Shown one piece after another: positions 58,631-64,000 of a DNA stretch of 64,000 nucleotides. Below the pieces are notes generated by a model. The model searched no databases. It was not told the DNA's origin and was given only the letters and a program-made list of their open reading frames with translations. Position numbers and translations under genes: made by a program. Each line of letters begins with the position of its first letter. Position 1 is the stretch's first letter. This DNA is from Candidatus Poribacteria bacterium (GTDB taxonomy: Bacteria > Poribacteria > WGA-4E > WGA-3G). Where the stretch lies: assembly GCA_965198235.1 (NCBI GenBank), contig OZ240248.1, forward strand, positions 4,352,001 through 4,416,000. The letters are read 5' to 3'.

Positions 58631-58866
58631 AGGCGGGATCTCTGGTCCCGCCTACGGTATTCGGGCATTGTTTTAAGCCCCTTTACTTGTCCTTTCAGTG
58701 TTGTCAATTGAAAATGGAATCAAAGTCATTTAGTTTTCGTAATTTTGGTTGATTTGCGGAGGAAGTCGCGAGCTGGAGCTCGCTCCTACAAGGATAAGTC
58801 AGGAATCGGAGTTCCCTCCTACGGAACAGCGGTCAGCGGTCAGCGTGCTTCGCAGTGAGAACAGTC
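58631..58866. repeat. Cluster of GTAG-type REPs plus AGCGGTC heptamers
   Basis: Three hairpin+CCTAC units (58631, 58765, 58798) followed by cagcggt repeats. Confidence 0.7.
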
Positions 58867-58982
58867 AGAAAGAGCACCTCTTTGCTGATGGTTTCCGATA
58901 ATGGCAATTAAGAATTTCTCAAACATAACGGAGTTTTGGAAAATTTGCGTAACAAAGCGGAGTCCTCTTTGGAAATAACATA

Positions 58983-60224
58983 GTGGAAGCCATCCAGTAC
59001 ACAAAAAGCATCCCACGTTACTTGGCGATGCGCTATCTTGGGAAACGGTGGCGAGGCCTTTATACGTCTCCATTCTCCTGCACGCGTCTCGTTGACATTC
59101 CGGAGCCACAACTGCCAACGCCTGAATGGGTCAAAGTCAGAACTCGACTCAGCGGTATCTGTGGCTCCGATTTAGCGACAATCACTGCGAAAGGAAGTCC
59201 CTACTTTTCGCCGTTCACGTCAACACCTTTTGTATTAGGACATGAAATCGTCGGTGAAATTGCGGAGACAGGTGATGCGGTCGAGGGTTTCCCTGTCGGT
59301 GCACGAGTGGTGATCGAACCCGTCCTGTCGTGTCCTGTGAGGGGGGTTTCGCCGCCGTGTCATCAATGCCGAAACCAACGTTTCGCCAACTGTGAAAACA
59401 TCACAAAAGGAGACATCTCCGCAGGCGTTCAAACAGGTTATTGCCGCGATACAGGTGGCGGATGGAGCCAGTTCTTTCTCGCACACCAATTACAGCTTCA
59501 TCTCGTTCCTGACGATATTGCGGACGAAACGGCTGTTCTCCTCGAACCCTTTGCATGCGCACTACACGGCGTTCTGAAAGCACAACACCCGGTAGGAGGG
59601 ATTTGTAATCCCGACTCTTCAATCTGTGTCATCGGCGGTGGCACTATCGGACTGCTCACCGTTGCGGCACTTCGGGTCCTCGGACACCGCAACCGAATTC
59701 TCATCTTCGCCAAATATCCGCACCAACAGCAATTGGCGCGCGAACTCGGTGCGGATGATGTACTATTGCCGAATAGCGGTCGATATGCCGCGTTCTGTGA
59801 ACTCACAGGAGCAACGTCGCATCAGCCGGAGTTGGGACAACAAGTATTGATTGGCGGTGTGGACGTTACTTTCGACTGTATTGGCTCCAGCGTCACAATA
59901 GACGACGCGTTCCGTTTTACCCGCGCAGGAGGAGAGGTCATTTTAGTCGGTATGCCGGGAATCCCCAAAAACGTTGACTGGACTTCGATCTGGTATAAAC
60001 AATTGAACGTAACGGGTGCCTATACGTATGGACTCGAAACCCACAATGACGAACAGATCCATACCTTCACACTCGGTATGCGTCTCCTCCAAAAGATGGA
60101 AGCCCATTTACGTCCACTGGTAAGCACGCTCTTTCCACTGCGAGATTATAAACGTGCTCTCCAGACTGCTCTGAACACAGGGAAAACAGCGACCGTGAAA
60201 ACCGCTTTTGACCTACGGAACTAA
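58983..60224 (+). CDS. Zinc-dependent alcohol dehydrogenase family protein
   Basis: GICGSD, GHE, C..C..C...C, LEP.AC..H, GGGTIG. Confidence 0.9.
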   Translation: MEAIQYTKSIPRYLAMRYLGKRWRGLYTSPFSCTRLVDIPEPQLPTPEWVKVRTRLSGICGSDLATITAKGSPYFSPFTSTPFVLGHEIVGEIAETGDAVEGFPVGARVVIEPVLSCPVRGVSPPCHQCRNQRFANCENITKGDISAGVQTGYCRDTGGGWSQFFLAHQLQLHLVPDDIADETAVLLEPFACALHGVLKAQHPVGGICNPDSSICVIGGGTIGLLTVAALRVLGHRNRILIFAKYPHQQQLARELGADDVLLPNSGRYAAFCELTGATSHQPELGQQVLIGGVDVTFDCIGSSVTIDDAFRFTRAGGEVILVGMPGIPKNVDWTSIWYKQLNVTGAYTYGLETHNDEQIHTFTLGMRLLQKMEAHLRPLVSTLFPLRDYKRALQTALNTGKTATVKTAFDLRN

Positions 60225-60260
60225 TTTCAATAAAAGCAACACGCAAGGAAAGAGAAACGT

Positions 60261-60500
60261 ATGAAGAAAGATAAGACAACAATTCAAGATGAACTTCGCC
60301 CAGAGTACGATTTGAAAAGTTTGCAAGTAAGAAAAATGGGACCCGAACGGAAGCACTTTGGTAGGTCTGTTGTCCAACTGGAACCTGATGTTGCTGAAGC
60401 ATTTCCAGACGCCGCCTCTGTGAACGAGGCACTACGGTTCCTCATGCGGCTTACCAAAGAAAGTAAGGAAGTCTGCCCTCGCATTGATTCCGATGCCTAA
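60261..60500 (+). CDS. Small BrnA-like antitoxin-type protein (orphan)
   Basis: DELRPEYD...V.LEPDVAEAFPDA.SVNEALR. Confidence 0.6.
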   Translation: MKKDKTTIQDELRPEYDLKSLQVRKMGPERKHFGRSVVQLEPDVAEAFPDAASVNEALRFLMRLTKESKEVCPRIDSDA

Positions 60501-60577
60501 GACCAGTGTGAATTAGAGGAAGCCCAGACTTCTTTACAGACTTCGCTTATCAAGCAACCGACTGACACGCGCCTCCT

Positions 60578-62554
60578 ATGACACCTCCCACCACATCTCA
60601 CTCTCAGAACTTTCCGCAAACCACCCACCTTGCTCATACTGGACTCACACTGCGGAGTGTCCTCATCGGTATGGCGGGAGTGATATGTCAATGCTTCGCC
60701 ACTCCTTACAATGACTTCCACGTCGGTGGCACCTACCTTGCGGGAAACCATCTTCCGATCGCTGTCGTCTTCGTAATGCTGATTTTCGTCCTTAGTGCCA
60801 ATGTGCTCCTTAAGAAACTGAAACCCGGCATCGAATTGCAAGGCGGTGAACTCCTCATCATCTGGGGGATGATGGTGGTCGCATCGGGTATCCCTTCCTC
60901 AGGACTGATGCGATACCTCGTTCCACTCGCTGTCAGTCCACACTACTTCGCAACCGCCGAAAACGAGTGGATTACCCTCTTTCATCAGCACCTTCCAGAT
61001 TGGATGGTTGTGAAAGATCCGAAAGCGGTTTTCTATTTCTATGAAAAATTACCAGATGGCGATTCGATCCCATGGCGTGCATGGTTGAAGCCTATTGTCG
61101 GATGGAGTGCGTTTGTCCTCATCTTCTATTTTGTCACCATCTGCTGGACCATCCTCCTCCGAAAACAGTGGGTAGAACACGAACGCTTCACGTTTCCGAT
61201 CGTTCAATTGCCACAGGAAATGTTTCAATCGCCTTCAGGGGGAGCACTGCTGAATCGGTTCTTCAAATCGCCGCTGATGTGGTGCGGTTTCGCGATGCCG
61301 ATCATATTGCACGGGTTGAGGGGACTACACCTCTACTTTCCAGCCATCCCGAAACCGCCTCTCGATTTTCCGATTGCCCAATTCTTCACCGAAAAACCGC
61401 TATCCGCGCTGGGGTGGTGGCCCACGGTGCATCTGTTTATCTATCCTTCGATCGTCGCCATTGTCTATCTGCTGACCCTTGAAATTTCGTTTAGTTTCTG
61501 GTTCTTCTTTATGCTCGGAAAGATGGAGACAGTGCTTATCTATGCAACAGGCTCAAAAGTGAATCAGTGGAACTTCCACCAGAATCAACAGATGGGTGCG
61601 CTGCTCGTTTTTATCGGATTTATCCTCTTCATCGGCAAACGGCACTTCGGACGAGCATTCGCTACCATTTTTGGGAAAGGGGCAAGCGATGACACCAACG
61701 AACCCCTGCCTTACGTTTGGGCGGTAGGAGGCTTAATCGTCGGCATCCTACTGCTTACCTTGATATGTAGCCTCGCGGGTATGAGTGTGTGGGTAGCACT
61801 CGTTATGCTCGGGATTTTCCTCGCCATAACAACGGTAGGCACGTGGATGGTCGCGAACGGCGGCTTACTGTTTATTATCTACTCGTTCCTGCCCGGTGAA
61901 TTCCTGATTACGTTGTTCGGTAGTGCCCGTGTGAACGCTCCGAGCTGGACCTTGGTCGCTTATGAACGGGTCTTGATGTTCGATATGCGGGAAATCCTCA
62001 TGCCGGGGGTCATGAACAACTTCAAACTCGCAGAACCGCTGCGTCTCAAACAACGTCCATTCCTACTCGCCATGGGCATCACAATCGTCTTGGCAATGGG
62101 TGTCTCTTACTACTCATCTCTCGACCTCGCCTACACGCACGGCGCAGTGAATTTGCAACATTGGACCTATATGATCTCCACAACCGTCCCATTTAACCGA
62201 CTCACCAGCATTCTGCAACACCCGACCGGAATCGAAGTAGATCGAATCGGTTCGTTCATCTTCGGCGGTGCCACGATGTTCGGCATGCTCTGGATGCGCC
62301 ACCACTATCTTTGGTGGAAACTGCATCCGATCGGGTCTCTCCTGATGACCAGTTATGCAACTTACTGTTTTTGGGGTTCATTCTTCATCGGTTGGTTTCT
62401 GAAATACACCGTCCTGAAGTTCGGTGGCGTTGCCCTCTACCGCAAACTCCGTCCATTTGTATTAGGGATTGTGTTAGGCGAATGTTTCATTGGCGGCATC
62501 TGGATCGTTGTCGGTCTCATGACCGGCATCGGCTATCGTCTGCTGCCGGGTTAA
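60578..62554 (+). CDS. DUF6785/DUF6784-type polytopic membrane protein (paralogue of 52473-54359)
   Basis: FATAENEW, RKQWVEHERFTFPIVQLP, LHPIG, KFGG...PFVLGIVLGE. Confidence 0.75.
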   Translation: MTPPTTSHSQNFPQTTHLAHTGLTLRSVLIGMAGVICQCFATPYNDFHVGGTYLAGNHLPIAVVFVMLIFVLSANVLLKKLKPGIELQGGELLIIWGMMVVASGIPSSGLMRYLVPLAVSPHYFATAENEWITLFHQHLPDWMVVKDPKAVFYFYEKLPDGDSIPWRAWLKPIVGWSAFVLIFYFVTICWTILLRKQWVEHERFTFPIVQLPQEMFQSPSGGALLNRFFKSPLMWCGFAMPIILHGLRGLHLYFPAIPKPPLDFPIAQFFTEKPLSALGWWPTVHLFIYPSIVAIVYLLTLEISFSFWFFFMLGKMETVLIYATGSKVNQWNFHQNQQMGALLVFIGFILFIGKRHFGRAFATIFGKGASDDTNEPLPYVWAVGGLIVGILLLTLICSLAGMSVWVALVMLGIFLAITTVGTWMVANGGLLFIIYSFLPGEFLITLFGSARVNAPSWTLVAYERVLMFDMREILMPGVMNNFKLAEPLRLKQRPFLLAMGITIVLAMGVSYYSSLDLAYTHGAVNLQHWTYMISTTVPFNRLTSILQHPTGIEVDRIGSFIFGGATMFGMLWMRHHYLWWKLHPIGSLLMTSYATYCFWGSFFIGWFLKYTVLKFGGVALYRKLRPFVLGIVLGECFIGGIWIVVGLMTGIGYRLLPG

Positions 62555-62684
62555 TACAGCGTTTGAATCACCAGAAAACCTTTGCCCCGCCTCCCGAAAT
62601 GCGCCATTTCGTGCAATGTAGCATCACACTTGCCCTATTTCGTACCATTTTCGTCAAGAACACCAGTAGAACGACTATTCAGAA

Positions 62685-62700
62685 CGGCATGGAACTTGCT
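62685..62700 (+). promoter_or_regulatory. Candidate sigma54 (-24/-12) promoter
   Basis: CGGCATGGAACTTGCT = GG-N10-GC, 160 bp upstream of the LarA-like gene. Confidence 0.45.
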
Positions 62701-62859
62701 TTAACAACTATCGTGTAAGAGAACCAGGCATACAATACTCTTGCAATCAACTCTGGATTTGCCACACTTTTTTTGACAAAAAGACTTGCAATGCTCCTAT
62801 AACTATGTTAATATAGATTAAAAACCAGAAAATCTACGGACATCAGTTGAAACCGTCGC

Positions 62860-64000
62860 ATGAAATACTTCACCTACTTCGGCAACCATCTCATCAACGC
62901 GAAACTCCCAGACAATTCAGAGGTCTACTACGCGAAGCCTCCCCTGCCGGGAATTAAGCGCGCCACACTGCCTGAACGGACGCAGCGTGCTTTTGAAAAC
63001 CCACTTGAAATGCCACCCCTGCGAGAACTCGTCAACGGCAATTCTAAAGTGCTCATCCTATTTGACGATAACTGCCAACCTTTCCCACCTACGAAAAAGC
63101 CGGATATGCGGCAGATCATGATCGAGACGCTCCTGAAGATGCTCTATAACTACGGCGTGGAGAAAAAGAACATCCAACTGATGTGCGCTGTCGCGTTGCA
63201 TCGAAAGATGAAGGAGCACGAACTCGCCTATATGCTCGGGAAAGACATCATGGACGAGTTCTATCCGCATCAACTCCGAAACTTCGATGCCGAAGATGCA
63301 GAACAAATTGTTCAGGTAGGACACACAGAAAAAGACGAAATCGTTGAGACAGATAAGGCAGCCCTCGAATCCGATTTGGTGATTTACGTTGACATGATAC
63401 AAATCCCGCTCAATGGTGGGCATAAGTCCGTCGCGGTGGGTCTCGGCACATATAACTCTATCGCACCGCACCACTCGCCGCACATGACATCAGAAAGTCC
63501 GCACGTCATGCAACCCGAAGGTTCGCACATGCACGCTTGCATCGAGCGGATGAGCCGTCTCATTCAGAAAGAGACACCCATTTTGGTGCTCGAAGCGGCG
63601 ATGAACAGTGCGATCTATCCATTTCATCTGCGCTACGTCGGGAAACCGAACCGTGACTGCAACATCGCAGAGAAGGTCCTGAAAACCTTCACACCGGCGA
63701 CGCTATCGCTTCTGCCTGAATCGTTACGTTACAAGATTCTCAAGAGCGTACAGACGGACTACGAACCGATACAAATCAACGCAGGGGACATTGATGCCGT
63801 TCACGCGAAAACCTTAGCGTCAATGAAGGACCAGTTGGCAATAGACATCCCACGACAGTTCAGCACATTGGTATTCGGGCTTCCCGATATGAGTCCCTAC
63901 GCCGTTGATGCGCGTATCAATCCTGTCTTGGTGGTGAGCGACATCTTAGGCTACGTCTTCAACTGGTTCTATAATAAACCCATCATCAAAAAGAACGGCG
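62860..64000 (+). CDS. Lactate racemase (LarA/DUF2088) domain protein, 3' end outside the window
   Basis: Open from ATG 62860: ENPLEMPPLRELV...ILFDD...AVALHRKM...GGHKS. Confidence 0.75.
   Translation, partial: MKYFTYFGNHLINAKLPDNSEVYYAKPPLPGIKRATLPERTQRAFENPLEMPPLRELVNGNSKVLILFDDNCQPFPPTKKPDMRQIMIETLLKMLYNYGVEKKNIQLMCAVALHRKMKEHELAYMLGKDIMDEFYPHQLRNFDAEDAEQIVQVGHTEKDEIVETDKAALESDLVIYVDMIQIPLNGGHKSVAVGLGTYNSIAPHHSPHMTSESPHVMQPEGSHMHACIERMSRLIQKETPILVLEAAMNSAIYPFHLRYVGKPNRDCNIAEKVLKTFTPATLSLLPESLRYKILKSVQTDYEPIQINAGDIDAVHAKTLASMKDQLAIDIPRQFSTLVFGLPDMSPYAVDARINPVLVVSDILGYVFNWFYNKPIIKKNG

Overview
Bacterial chromosomal window, probably Candidatus Poribacteria or a relative. This is inferred from a secreted protein ending in the '...GKLTTTWGTLK' tail, two DUF6785/DUF6784-type membrane proteins and many Gfo/Idh/MocA and SDR enzymes. 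It holds scattered housekeeping and metabolic genes (dnaN 3' end, tRNA-Phe, tRNA-Thr, dsbD, glcD/glcE, RND pump, rfaE2, hisA, sugar ABC parts, CDF transporter, coaE, modABC, cysteine synthase, infA, nth, sat, LarA-like). It also holds an intact-looking IS200/IS605 element and a small defence-like island (type IIG R-M fusion, TIR/NDT-like protein, deleted AAA ATPase). The most unusual features are: (1) a multi-copy palindromic TTAA-ended repeat that is translated in frame inside or at the N-terminus of at least four unrelated proteins and supplies RBS, start or stop signals; (2) a full-length EF-Tu paralogue with degenerate GTP-binding motifs; (3) a TnpB with a rearranged (Fanzor-like) RuvC site, faced by a perfect antisense sigma70 promoter; (4) a PorX-like PglZ protein lacking the phospho-acceptor Asp; (5) an IF-1 with a long basic N-terminal extension. 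All family assignments come from motif recognition by eye; no database searches were run.
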